From Calcarisporiella thermophila CBS 279.70 (lineage: Eukaryota; Fungi; Calcarisporiellomycota), in contig NW_027192205.1 of assembly GCF_041956535.1 (NCBI RefSeq), forward strand, positions 434,085-498,084: a stretch of DNA of 64,000 nt. The letters are read 5' to 3'. This document shows, piece after piece, positions 51,201 to 64,000 of this stretch (position 1 is the stretch's first letter; every line of letters begins with the position of its first letter). A program made the position numbers and the translations under genes. The notes under the pieces are model-generated. The model saw only the letters and a list, made by a program, of their open reading frames with translations, ran no database searches and had not been told where the DNA came from.

Positions 51201-51932
51201 AGAAGAGAAATCTCAAATACAAGCGGCAAGCCATCGACAGCCTCGCTCGTTTTGGTGACACTTTCTCCTCGCCGGCCTATGATCTCTATGCTGAAGCAGC
51301 CCCGCTGTTGTTTGATATTCTCGATTCCCTCTCAGACGACACAATGGATATCGACGATGAAGCCGACGATACAGAGCGGAAGCCCCTCCTTAATCTCCTG
51401 ACTACCAACGTGGTGAAGGCGCTTGGGATGTGTTATACGCGGAAGAGCGACCAACAACGAGAGCATTTGCTGTCGCTGGTGCAGAGGCTAGCGGGGGCGA
51501 TGAAAGACGGGGTATGGATGGTAAGGAGCGGAGTTCTAGAAGCACTGAAGAAGGTGGCGGAGAGAACGGATGAGGCGGTGTTCGATGAGGAAAACACTAG
51601 GGAGATAGTCGGGATTGTGAAGGATGGGATAGAGGATACAAAGGTTTGAGCCACGCGAGCCAATTACTCTTTGCCAAGACAAGACAGAAGCGCTCACTCT
51701 GTTTTATTTATTACTTTAGTACTCAGCCATCCGCACCTTAGCATTTGAAATACTATGCCTTTTATCGGAACGTGCACAAGGTTAATTACGTGATAAGAGG
51801 AATATGCAATATGCAGCCAAGCCACTAAGCTCTTTTTAATAGGTTCATTAAACCTTAATTTCTCGGCCTTACTCAGCGGCAGCCTAATAGGGGCCTTCCG
51901 CATCGCGCAACAGCAAGGCCCGCGGATCGTAG
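45250..51932 (+). CDS. ECM29: Proteasome adaptor/scaffold Ecm29 (HEAT repeats), multi-exon; 3' end uncertain (51932-51997)
   Basis: LELLDNVELRIALAD...FEKAL, [68 protein letters not shown]. Confidence 0.93.
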
Positions 51933-52267
51933 GGGGTCAGGAGCGGGCTGCCGAGCACATCAAGGCGCTGGAGAAGTTTGGGCCGAAGCATCATTAGCTG
52001 GCTAGACAGCTTGCGGCCTCTGAGACCTATTTTTGGACCCTGGGTGAGCTTGTGTAAAAATAATTAAGATGTTTGTGCACGAGCACCCGCGAATTCAAAA
52101 TTTAATGGGTGTAGTTTCTGTTATTTTTATTATTCTATGGTCTTGTTTCTTGCTCGTTTATTTTTTCATATAACAAAGACATTCTTTAATCCGGATATCC
52201 AAGTCCATCAACTGATTCATCCTTGCATCCTCTTCCACATTCCCGTCTTCCCTCATCTACTCTCCTG

Positions 52268-55200
52268 ATGTACTCTCCTCCCAATCGTGACAGGCGTCAC
52301 CCCCTCAGCCCCCCCCATCCGGCGGGTGGTCGCGCTCCCATGCCCCTGAACCCGCCTGAAAACGAATACCCCACCATGACCGGCCCAGAATATCCCATGC
52401 AACATCCCCTACTTGCGCAATCGCCAGACTACTCACCCACAAACTACCAGCATCAAGACATGGCTCCTACTGGAGGATATCCCCCCACTGCGTATCCAAA
52501 CTACGGCAATGGCCACGGCAATGGTGCCGTAAATTATCCACAACAGTATAACAATGGAATGTCCGCGGATTATCCTCCCGGCTCCCCTCATGTGGCTGTA
52601 GATGTTCCAACTATGCACTACGGATCCGCCCCGAGACACCAGCCCCGTCGCCATAGAACTGTCAAGAAAATTAAACTTGTAAGTCTTGAATTAATTCAGA
52701 GAGAATTTTGCGTTGATTTATTGGTTCATCATTGCACATCACTTAGGTTGATGGCAACCTTGTCCTTGATTGCCCCGTGCCTAGCCGTTATTTGCAAAAT
52801 ATCCCACTTAAAAATGAAAAAGAATTTACACACATGCGCTATACTGCGGCCACCTGTGATCCAAATGACTTCAAGAAGGAGGGCTTTACTTTGCGACAGC
52901 CCCTAATGGGCCGAAGCACAGAGCTTTTCATTGTTATGACAATGTATAATGTATGTTTTTTTTTTTCTCTATTGGCTGTTGCTCTTTAGCTTGACCAGCA
53001 TGATTGAGCACGCGATTTTTTCTCTCAATTGTAGGAGGATGAGATCCTTTTTTGCCGCACAATGCACGGCGTTATGAAAAATGTGGCCCATCTCTGCACA
53101 CGAGAGCGTTCTCGGACCTGGGGTCGCGATGGCTGGAAAAAGGTAGTAGTGTGCATCGTTTCGGATGGAAGAACCAAAGTCCACCCACGTACCCTCCACG
53201 TCCTCTCAGCAATGGGGGTTTACCAGGAGGGTGTCGCGAAGAACGTTGTCAACGGCAAGCCTGTTTCGGCGCATATTTACGAAGTAAATATATTTCATTA
53301 TTGCATCGTGGGTTCCCTGTATTGACCAGACTCGGTTTCTTTTCTTTCTCTTTTAGTTCACCACACAAATCTCGCTTGATCCGGATTTGAAGGTCAAGGG
53401 GTCCGAGAAGGGCATTGTCCCCGTCCAGATTATATTTTGTCTGAAGGAAAAAAATCAGAAAAAGATCAATTCCCATCGCTGGTTCTTTAATGCTTTTGGC
53501 CCGGTGATTCAGCCTAATGTGTGTGTGCTCTTGGACGTTGGTACTCGGCCCGGCCCCACCTCTATTTATCACCTGTGGAAGGTAAGGCTTTATATTATTC
53601 GTGAGCAATTGCAGAAATATTCAAAGATTGTGCCATCTCCCGTAGGCTTTCGATGTGAATTCAAATGTTGCCGGAGCCTGTGGAGAGATCCGTGCGATGA
53701 CGGGTACCGCAGGCGTCAACCTTCTGAACCCACTCGTCGCGGCTCAAAACTTTGAATACAAGATGTCCAATATTCTTGACAAGCCGCTCGAGTCGGTGTT
53801 TGGCTATATTTCCGTGCTGCCGGGTGCATTTTCTGCCTACCGCTATATTGCTCTGCAGAATGATCCGCACACTGGCAAAGGACCGCTGGACTCCTACTTC
53901 AAGGGAGAGCAGCTGCACGGTGGAGATGCCGATGTGTTTACGGCAAACATGTATCTCGCAGAGGATCGTATTTTGTGCTTCGAGCTTGTTGCGAAGAAAA
54001 ATGATGCATGGGTATTGCGGTATGTTTCCAATGCATATGGTGAGACGGACGTACCCGATGCCGTGCCCGAGTTTATATCGCAGCGTCGTCGTTGGTTGAA
54101 CGGATCCTTCTTTGCGGCAGTGTATGCGCTTTTCCATTGCACTCAGATGAATCGCAGTGGCCACTCTGTATTCCGCAAGTTCATGCTTTACTTGGAGTTC
54201 ATCTATCAAAGCTACTCTCTTTTGTTCGCCTGGTTCGGCATGGTAGTGACATCTAAAACTTGTGTTCCAGGGAAGACTGAGACTAACTTTTCGCTACTAC
54301 ATAGGGCAATTTCTTCCTCACCTTTTATTCGCTTGCGGAGTCTCTGATCAATATTGAGCCGCATCCATTCGACTCGAATATTGCGTCCATTATCAAACTC
54401 GTTCTCACTTATGTTTATGTTACCCTATTGGTGGTGCAGTTCGTGATGGCCCTTGGCAACAGGCCTCAGGGGTATGTAGATTGAAGCCATTGCTCTGACC
54501 TCTTAGGCACCTAATGATTTGATTGGATATTTACCTCACCTAGTTCCAAATGGTCATACCTCACCATCATGATCTTCTTCGCATTAATTATGGCCTACAT
54601 GCTCTTTGCCTCTGCCTACATCACCTATGTGGGTGTTAAGAACGCGGTGGAAAGTGCGCAAGGCGCTGGCTTCTCCAAATTCTTGGTCTTATTGAAGAAC
54701 AGCGCGTTCCGTGATATCGTGATATCGTTTGCTGCCACCTATCTCATGTACTTTGTGTCTTCGCTGCTCTACCTCGATGCCTGGCACATGTTTACTTCGT
54801 TCGCGCAGTATATGTTCATGATGCCATCCTATATCAACGTGTTAAACATTTACGCATTCTGCAACACCCATGATATCTCCTGGGGCACCAAGGGAGACAA
54901 CACAGTGGCAACTGACCTGGGTGTAGTGAAATCGACTAAAGAAAATGGCGTGCACACTGCTGAAGTCGCCATCCCGACGGAAGAGAAGGATATGAACGCA
55001 GACTACGATTTGGCCATGGCCGAATTACAAAGGAAAGTGGAGGCTCCACCTCAGAAGCGGGATGCAAAGACCAAGCAAGAAGATTACTACCGTGGGTTCC
55101 GAACACGCCTTGTTGTCGCATGGATTCTTAGCAACGCTCTCTTGGTGGTGATCATTACGTCTGCTCAATTGACCAGTTTTGGAAATCAAGCCGGTAAGGA

Positions 55201-55383
55201 TTAGCGCGCATGGTTATTTGTCGTAATGTTCAGGTTTCTGACGTATTTTTCTTTTTTTTCCTTTGATGCTTATTAGAACGCTCTGCTGCCTACTTTGCTT
55301 TCGTTCTGTGGAGTGTAGTCGGTCTTGCAGCCATTCGCTTTGCTGGAAGCACTTTCTACCTTGTCACGAGAATAGTCCAGTAA
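52268..55383 (+). CDS. Chitin synthase, division I (class I/II-like), copy A
   Basis: [71 protein letters not shown]. Confidence 0.96.
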
Positions 55384-55967
55384 ACTGGGAAACTGTTTTT
55401 GTACTAGTAAAAAGAAAAAATTTATCCATCATTATAGGTCAGGCAAAAGTTAGTTTAGATTTTGATTTCTTTTTTTTTTATTTCCCTCTTTCTTCCATAT
55501 ATTTCTATTAACACCGGCGGCGGGAACGCTATCATAATAATCGTGTATTTCATGCTATTTTTCACCACTTTCCTTCATCTTGAAGTGTGCGTTCTATTCT
55601 ACTAGAATTTTATTCCCATTCTCCAATTTGAAATTATGCCTCGAATCCCCCGATATGGTTAAATCTGTGATCTTCCTAATTTTGCGGCCAATCGACCACC
55701 CCTTAATTTCCGCAGTCTTGAAAATTGGCCCAAAAGTTGGTGGTACAGCGTTTGATTCAAAGGAATTTACTAGCCGGCTGGCCGGTTGAGATAGAGCAAT
55801 CGAGCCATTTCAATAAAACTGCTTCCCGCGGCCATCCCTTTCCTCCCTCATCTTTACCCCACGGTCGACTGTAGACTATAGGTTTGTTTCTCTGAGAGAG
55901 GAAACGTGGAAGAGCAGAATAATAAAAGAAGCAAAGGATAATTACACTGTCGACGGAGAGGGACTCG

Positions 55968-58900
55968 ATGGATAGACGCCTCCTTTCGCGCCCGTTTGAT
56001 ATCGCAAGATTCCTTAGGACTCCTCCACCGAACCCCACCTCCTCCCCGTCCCAGACCTCGATCGCGCAAACTGGCCACACGTCCCCGGTCTCCGAGATGC
56101 CTGCGTCAGAAACAATGCGCCCAGCCCAGAACAACTACATGGTCCACTTTGAGGATGTGGTGGAGCCGATCGATCAAGTGTTGAGAGAATTAAGAGACGC
56201 GGCAAACGACGACACAAATTACCTGTCCTCATCATATTCGGGCGATACGCAGGTACCGGTGCCTCCGCCCCACGCATCCGGCACTAGTCGAGACAGCGTG
56301 ACATCTCTCAACTCATCCTTTGTCCCCACTCCCCCTCTGCACACCTCGCTTCCCTCTTACTCCACTTCGAGCCTGGCGAGTCCCCCTCCCATTGACCAAC
56401 TGAGCTCCCCTCCCCCTCCGCTTCATCACCACTACCATCACTTGCCAAAGGGGATGAACGATTGGGGCGAAAACCATCACACCACCCTCGACATGAACGA
56501 TGGACACTATGGACCCTTTGGCGATGACCATAACTCACTCCTCTCCGAGAGCATTGATTCTCATCTACGCGAGCGGCTTGAAGCTGGTCCGATGCCTAGT
56601 AGATATGTACCCCCTCCACCCCACGCGCATACGCTCTTCCCTGCACCGCCTCCGCCTCACGCCATCATTCCTCGAGAGCTTTCCACTCCACCCATCAACT
56701 ATGCCGGCGGTCTCCATCGTAGGCCGTGCAGGAGAAAAACAAGAAGGGTTCAGCTTGTCAGAGGGAATTTGGTACTCGACTGCCCCGTGCCCACAAAATT
56801 ATTACAGGCGGTGGGAAAGAGGGACCACGACGAATTCACGCATATGCGCTACACGGCGGCTACATGTGACCCCAATGATTTTTGCAGGAGCAACTACACA
56901 CTTAGGCAAAGGCTCTATGAGCGGGAAACTGAGCTATTTATTGTGATTACGATGTACAATGTAAACATCACGCTTATTCTATCGTGTTCTCAGTCGACCA
57001 TTTTTCATGCTAACTCTTTTTTTATTATGGTTGTTTAGGAGGATGAGGTGCTCTTTTGTCGGACAATGCACGGGGTGATGAAGAACATTGCGCACTTGTG
57101 CACTCGTAAGAGGTCTCGCACTTGGGGCCCTGAAGGGTGGAAGAAGGTAGTAGTATGTATTGTAGCCGATGGACGCAAAAAATGTCATCCGCGGGTGTTG
57201 TCCGTCTTGGCCGCTATGGGAGTCTATCAGGATGGGATTGCGAAAAACATTGTGAATGGCAAGGAGGTGACCGCCCATATCTACGAGGTAAAATGCTGAA
57301 ATGAAAAGTTGAAGTGGAAATGAAATTTATTTACTTATTTATGTTTCTCTTCCAAACGTGCAATATATAGTACACGTCCCAAATCGCCGTGGATCCTTCG
57401 CTCAGGTTCAAGGGTTCGGACAAGGGCATTGTTCCGGTGCAGATGATTTTCTGCTTGAAGGAGAAGAATCAGAAGAAAATCAATTCCCACCGGTGGTTTT
57501 TCAATGCATTCGGCCCTATCATCCAGCCAAACGTGTGCGTCCTACTTGATGTCGGCACACGTCCCGGTAACACGTCCATTTATCATCTCTGGAAGGCCTT
57601 CGATATCAGCCCTAATGTTGGAGGAGCATGTGGCGAAGTGTGCACGATGACCGGCCCCGGCTCGATCAACCTGTTAAACCCGCTGGTAGCAGCGCAGAAT
57701 TTCGAGTATAAAATGTCTAATATCCTTGACAAGCCCTTGGAATCGATTTTCGGCTACATCTGCGTTCTTCCGGGGGCGTTCTCTGCCTACCGCTACACCG
57801 CCTTGCAGAACGACTCCAAGACTGGAAAGGGCCCATTGGACTCCTATTTCAAGGGCGAGTATCAGCATGGATGTGATGCAGATATATTTACCGCCAATAT
57901 GTATCTGGCGGAGGATCGGATTCTCTGCTACGAGCTAGTGGCGAAGCCAAACTCCTCCTGGCTGCTGCGGTATGTCAAGACCGCATTCGGCGAGACCGAC
58001 GTGCCCGATGCCGTGCCCGAGTTCATCTCTCAGCGCCGAAGATGGCTGAATGGATCGTTCTTCGTGGCAGTATATGCCATCACCCATTTGACCAATATCT
58101 GGCGCACCAACCACAACATTGGAAGGCAGCTACTTTTGCATCTAGAATTCATCTATAATCTTGTTAGCCTAATATTTAGCTGGTTCGCTGTGGTAAGACG
58201 CCCTATTCTATCCAAGATCTTATTTTTTTTTTCTCTCTTAACGTTAACGGGTTGATATCTTGTCGTAGGCCAATTTCTATTTAACCTTCTACTATGTCGG
58301 CATTTCCCTTTCCGACCCCTTGACAGACCCCATTGGGAACAACTGGGGACAACGTATTTTTGAAACGCTGCGGTATCTCTATATTTTCCTTATCATAGTA
58401 CAATTTGTAGCTGCTATGGGCAACAGGCCACAAGGGTTAGCCATCTTATAAACAGTGCCGCATTTTCGTGCAACTCACGATTCTCTATTTTCTCCAAATA
58501 TATAGGTCGAAATGGCTATTCACCCTTTCGATGCTCTTCTTTGCTATTATTATGGTGTACATGATGTTTGCCGCATGCTATCTCACGATTATGACCACCA
58601 AGCGCTCCATTGAAGATGGCATCTTCAGTTCGTTACAGGAAGCTTTCAAGCATCGTGATTTCCGTGACGTGGTCATCTCAATGTCTTCCACCTATGGGCT
58701 CTATTTTGCAAGCGGCCTACTCTATTTTGATCCGTGGCATATGCTCACATCGTTCCTACAGTATATGCTATTATTGCCCAGCTACATCAATATTTTGAAC
58801 ATATATGCCTTCTGTAACACGCATGACGTGAGGTAGGTGTTGGCTTAATTTTAGTCTAATTTTTCATTAGCGATGGCTAACAAGTCGTGAATATAGTTGG

Positions 58901-59430
58901 GGGACCAAAGGTGATAATCAGGTGAGTATGGATCTCGGAGTTGCTGCTCCCGCAAGCGAGGCAAAAACGGATGAGGTAGAAGTGGAACTGCCAACAGAGC
59001 AGAAAGACATCAACGCTATGTATGAAGACGCATTGTCTGATCTTAAGCGGAAGCATACTGATGCTCACCAGGTAATTGCACAAGATTGTCCCATACTTTC
59101 TGTTCTCTCAATGCTCCATCGTCAAACATTTGACTTAACGCTTATATACCTTCAATTCAGGGTCGGGATGCGCGTACAAAACGCGAAGATTATTACCGCT
59201 CGTTCCGCACACACCTGGTTTTGACTTGGATTGCATGTAATGCCATCCTTATCGCGGTCATAACCAGCCACCAGTTTGATCCTCTCTTTGGTAAAGAGAG
59301 TACTTTACGCGGGGGCGCTCTTGGCAATTACTATATGACGGGACTTTTATGGGGGATTGCCGGGATGACGGCTTTCAGATTCTTGGGGAGTTGTGTGTAC
59401 TTGATCGCATGGAACCTCTTTTGGAGATAG
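55968..59430 (+). CDS. Chitin synthase, division I (class I/II-like), copy B with a long Pro/Ser/His-rich N-terminus
   Basis: Same catalytic motifs (TMYNEDE, LAEDRIL, QRRRW, HDVSWGTKG), last exon ends AWNLFWR*. Confidence 0.96.
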
Positions 59431-59865
59431 GCCTATTTCATCTCGTTGCGTCTTGTTTTTGCTTTTCGAAGTGATTTATTTTCAAAAGGCCATCCCAAGC
59501 TCCAAAAAAAAAGAACTCTTTTTTATTCGTATGTTTGGACCATCTCCTATCCCATTATTCCTTGTTCTATTTTATTTGCCGGTGCCATTTTATTATCACT
59601 ATTTGATTTATAAATATCTAGCCTTCCCAATTTGTAAAATAGGAGCATCTGCCCGAAGAGTTGTAGCCATGTGTGCCTCAACAACGGCTTTTTTTGTTTA
59701 AAACTAAAGCCCTCCAAAACGATCCATTATACATGATTGTTATTCATTCCTAAGCATCGTTTCCTCTTTGTTCTCTTCGTTTAATCTTTTCCGCTTTATA
59801 TTTAATCAATTTTAATCCCTACCCACTATCTATTGCTTATACGCGCTTGACATGGGATCGGCGTA

Positions 59866-60423
59866 ATGAGTGACGATAATCCAACGAAAGAAGAGAAGAA
59901 AGAGGAAAAAGAAGAAAAAAAAGAAGAAAAAAAAGAAGAGAAAAAGGACGACAAGAAGGACAACAAAGACGAGAAAAAGTCCATTGCACCCTCCCTCAAT
60001 CTTGGCACCGGCCCCATTGTTTCCATTAGTTGGCAGTCACCGTACTCTTATTATTATGGCCAAAACTGGCCCTATTATTCAATGTATTCTCCCTATTATT
60101 ATCCCGGGTATTTCGGATATTATCCAGGCTGGCGTATGCCTATGGTGAATCCCTGGTTTGGAGGCATGTATCCAGGATATGGAATGTACAATCCTTACGC
60201 GATGGGAATGGGAATGGGTATGGGCCTAGGACTAGGAATGGGCGGGTACGGATACCCATATGCATATAATCCATACAATTTGCCGTGGCCACATTACAGT
60301 TACTATGATAGTATTATGGGCCACCACCCTCTTGGCGGTCTCTTTGGCCACCATCATCATAATCCTTTCCATCATCACCACGGTTATCCCCACTTTGGTT
60401 TGGGAGGGATGGGATTGTTTTAG
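59866..60423 (+). CDS. Low-complexity protein: KKEE-repeat N-terminus, Tyr/Gly/Pro/Met-rich middle, His-rich C-terminus (185 aa, intronless)
   Basis: Uninterrupted ORF with strongly partitioned amino-acid composition, flanked by AT-rich UTR-like sequence. Confidence 0.7.
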   Translation: MSDDNPTKEEKKEEKEEKKEEKKEEKKDDKKDNKDEKKSIAPSLNLGTGPIVSISWQSPYSYYYGQNWPYYSMYSPYYYPGYFGYYPGWRMPMVNPWFGGMYPGYGMYNPYAMGMGMGMGLGLGMGGYGYPYAYNPYNLPWPHYSYYDSIMGHHPLGGLFGHHHHNPFHHHHGYPHFGLGGMGLF

Positions 60424-60913
60424 TGGGCTCTCTTCGTTGCCTATATCTATTTGATTCTCACTAATCGCTATTCCATATATATATCCCCATGATATCTCTT
60501 CATACCATGGATCTATTATTATACTTGTTCTTTTTTTTACAAATAATTTAATCCAATTCTTCTGGTTCTTCTTTATATTCCTGACAATAAAATAAAGCAG
60601 CGGACCTTCTTTCCTTGCTTTTTGCGTGGGTTTAATTGCTGTGTCTACTATACAAAAAAGAGCCCTTGTAGGGCCATGGGAGAATATCTAAAAAAATTGG
60701 CCAGCATAGAGTACAAGATCCCCAAAAGTGGTCGTCATCGCGAGCATATCCTTGGAGAAGGTGCGTATGCTCGTCACAGGGGCGCTTGGGAGGAGGTTAA
60801 CGCGCACTTTGCATTCTACAGGCTCATTTGATCCCGTTAGGAATACAGTTGGAGATTCGGGCGTCCCTAGAATAATCCGAACGAAAGTGTGTCAACGGAT
60901 GTAGAAAAATGAT

Positions 60914-62603
60914 TTAGAGTTTCCAAAGAAACCTACCCAAAAGCGCGCTCAATTTGTTAGATAAAGGCTCCACCTCCAATGATCTCTCTAGCCCCTCAAC
61001 CGCATATTGCATATCAGCTATGTAGGCACCCACATCCTCTGAGCTTTTTGAGTGCCATAACACCAAGTAAGCATCTCTGCGATTCTCAGTCTGTGCGCCA
61101 AATATTGAACAGAGGCTTTCTAGTGAGGTATAGCTCGGTATTGTAGGATCAATAACGATGGGACACCATGCAATCAGAGAATAGGGTATATCCGCATCAC
61201 TCAGGGAACGGCGCCTGCGCTGCAGAGAGTGGATTTTTTTGGAAATGGCGAATAAGAATCGACAGGAACGATTGTATGTCGCGGTGATTATATTGGTGGT
61301 GACCAGGGCGAGATGATTCGCGGCAAGTTGGATCTCAATCTGGGTTTTTCGTTTACTCTCCTCCTCCTTCTCCTCTTCCTCTGCCTCCTCCACCACCATC
61401 TCCCCCTTACGTTCAATTTTCTCATCTTCTACCACGTCAGCGGGCGAAATATCTATTAAACCCAAATAGTTTGAACAATCTCCGATACAGTTAAGACGAT
61501 GGGGAGAATCCTTCCACTCTCTCACAGCAGCATGCCCCTCGGACGACTGATGTTCGTTCTCACTTTGTTCATTAAAATGGCGAATGGTTATCTTCTTTGG
61601 ATGAGTTCTTGAATAGCAGGTGCATATGCGGCCACTAGGAAAATGCTGTACCATGCCAACCATCACACTAAATAAACTTGCTCGGTGGTGATCTTTTTCA
61701 GCATGCTCCATGGTTTTCTCAGCCGGTCTTGTGCCTCCAATAAGGAGAGATTGAGGAGCTACAGCCAGCGAGTGAGGTGTGAAGAAAGTCGGAAGGCTAA
61801 AGGTAGTCACCCATTCAAAACGTAGAGATCCATCCCAGTGCTATTGATTAAACATGCGCACACAAGGGATGATAGAGAAATAAGTTAGCGGCTCTAGGAT
61901 TTAATTTTGAAGTATTGAACTAAGGCTTTGTACTTACATTTTTGAGGCCCCATACGATAACCTCTCCCGAGGCACAAATAACGGCTGCCCGATTTCCGGA
62001 TCCACTCGCGAACCGAAGGGAAGATGGAAAAGTGACATTCAATCTAGAAGCTCGCATATATAACCAGACTATTTACATTTAAAGTTTTCTCTCATTGAGT
62101 ACCTGTTTTTTGAGCTGCTTTTAAACTCACGTATTTGCCTCCCATCCCCTAACTGTATTACAACAGGCACAGATCGAAAATTGCTCTTGTTGTCGCTCAT
62201 GAAGCCCATTTTGTTGTCTCCCTCATTCATGTACGCATATCCCCTAATTTCGAAATTGCCCTGGTGTGAAGGCATCAAGGTAACGGCGACGGCTTCATTT
62301 GCTTGGAGATCTTGCAGAATGAGGAATCCTTCCGAGTGTATGAATGTCTCATGATCTAGGTGAAGCGACGATAAATCCTCCTATTTATTAACTTATTTAA
62401 GAGGGGCATTACAATAATAATGGGGGTTTGGGTTGATACTCTACTTGAATTGGAAGAATATCGACCGTTCCATTTGGGTAGGCAAGGGCCGCTAAAATGC
62501 GCGAATTCGATGGCAAAAAACGAGGCGCATGACGATTCGCAGGAGAAGACACAGAATATTGCTTGGAAGAGAGCGGGAAGCGGTACTCCCGCAATGTCAT
62601 CAT
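60914..62603 (-). CDS. Hypothetical protein (about 4 exons), possibly beta-propeller-like; start uncertain
   Basis: Frame-compatible exons: MMTLREYRFP...LAYPNGTVDILPI, HETFIHSEGFLIL..., RAAVICASGEVIVWGLKN, and a long terminal ORF. Confidence 0.55.
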
Positions 62604-62970
62604 GCAATCCTGGTTGTGCGGATTGTGAAGCAAGATCTTTAATATACTATCAATACTCTGTTCGTTAATTGAGTGACTGCATTGTGGCTTTGTTAGCCCT
62701 ATAGAAAATTTATCTATGCTGCTGTAAATCCATGATTGGCGTGAGCGCGTTTTCCCTGTTCCCTTTGCTCTGAGAAAAAAAAACGCCAGGAAGCCACTCA
62801 ATTTTACCTCGCACTCGGATTTTTTATACTAAATAGTAAAGACGCGTTTATTTTTTTTTGTTCCTTTGAATTTACTTTAGCAAATAATTTATGTCTTTAG
62901 TTCTTAATTGCATTATAGAGATCTCCCTTTTCTTTTAGTTAATATTTAACATAGGATTAATTTGCGGTAA

Positions 62971-64000
62971 ATGACTCAGCACGTTCTTTCAGACGTGATA
63001 GACTGCTTCATCTTGCTGGATATCAAGATGGCAGGATCGTTTGAGAACGCGTCGAAAGCACAGAGCAAGGTAGGCCCAACTACGTCTCTTTTGCAATATA
63101 ACATGGCTTGCTAGCTCCCTTTGTACTCGTTGCTTTGCCACTCCCCCCAATTTTTGAGACCATTTCAGTATTCTTTTTCATATGATAACATTCTTAATAC
63201 ATTTTTGAAAACTCCCAGCGGATAGTGTTTCATAATGAATGAGCTAATTCATTCTGCCATTGACAGGTGCTTTCAATAGCCGAGATAGCGTGGATAACTG
63301 TGAAGAGCTCGACTCTCGAGATTCTCCACCAGGAATCGAGCCGCATCTCTACATGTTCACGAAATGGTCCAGCGAACCAGTCCGGGGCAGATATTTCTCC
63401 TCCTATTCATGACGATTTAGATGCATCCTCTCAGTTGAGGCATGTCCTTTCGCGGCTTGACTGTCACCTCGATGATCTCATACAGAAGGGCCACTCTACC
63501 TGTTTTGTCTCCTTCGGAGGCTCGATGTTGCGAACAATTCTCCCTGCAGAGGCACGCCTACATTCACTAGATCTCCCAACCCATCTCACTTCGCCTCGAT
63601 TGGTTGATGTTCGTCTAGCGGCTGCAGAGCAGCTAGCGAATCAACCCGAAATACCGTGGGGTCAGGCCGCAACGCTTGAAGAGCTGGCACTTCAACTGGG
63701 CCTTGAGCCGGAGCCACAGAATGCGTGCGAAATGCTACTCCGTATTTTGCGGCGGCTGGGAGGCGAGGACAGTGGGAAAGTAACCCCCGTGGATTTAGCG
63801 GCAGAATGGGACAAATTCACGTCCGATTCGAGCATGGTTGTGCGAATGACTGGATTACCGCAAGACCTCTCCCACACTGAGCTGGAGGCGTGGTTCAAAA
63901 GCGGTGCGGGGGTTAAGCCGGCCGCGTTTTGGATGGTGCGCACTCAAGATAATCAACGGCCTAGCGGTAGTGGCTTCGTTGTTTTCGCAACCCATGCTGA
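62971..64000 (+). CDS. Nrp1-like RNA-binding protein (degenerate RNase H/DEDD-like N-terminal fold + RRM), truncated by the window end; absent from the ORF track
   Basis: Exon 1 MTQHVLSDVIDCFILLDIK..., exon 2 VLSIAEIAWITV...SMVVRMTGLPQDLSHTELEAWF...KPAAFWMV...SGFVVFATH, resembling the RRM of yeast Nrp1. Confidence 0.75.

Overview
Eukaryotic, intron-rich, gene-dense fungal DNA, most consistent with an early-diverging (non-Dikarya, probably Mucoromycota-like) lineage. It contains two chitin synthases and a velvet gene, plus AP-4 epsilon and the minor-spliceosome factor RBM48, which budding and fission yeast lack. About 25 protein-coding genes were reconstructed by hand across GT-AG introns: a small secreted protein, DUG2, a JTB-like membrane protein missed by the ORF track, COG1, ECO1, DPH4, KAE1, AP4E1, a velvet/VosA-like gene, SEY1, a hypothetical gene, eIF1A, an RlpA/expansin-like gene, a ZCCHC17-like gene, RBM48, SIN1/AVO1, CCC1/VIT1, ATG22, an S10 carboxypeptidase, ECM29, two tandem chitin synthases, a Tyr/Gly/His-rich protein, a second hypothetical gene and a truncated NRP1-like gene. 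The most notable signal is a textbook U12-type AT-AC intron (16799-16899, minus strand) in the AP-4 epsilon gene, about 17 kb from RBM48. Together they argue for a working minor spliceosome in this fungus. No rRNA, convincing tRNA, CRISPR array or intact transposon was seen. Gene identities come from motif recognition by eye, and no database searches were run.
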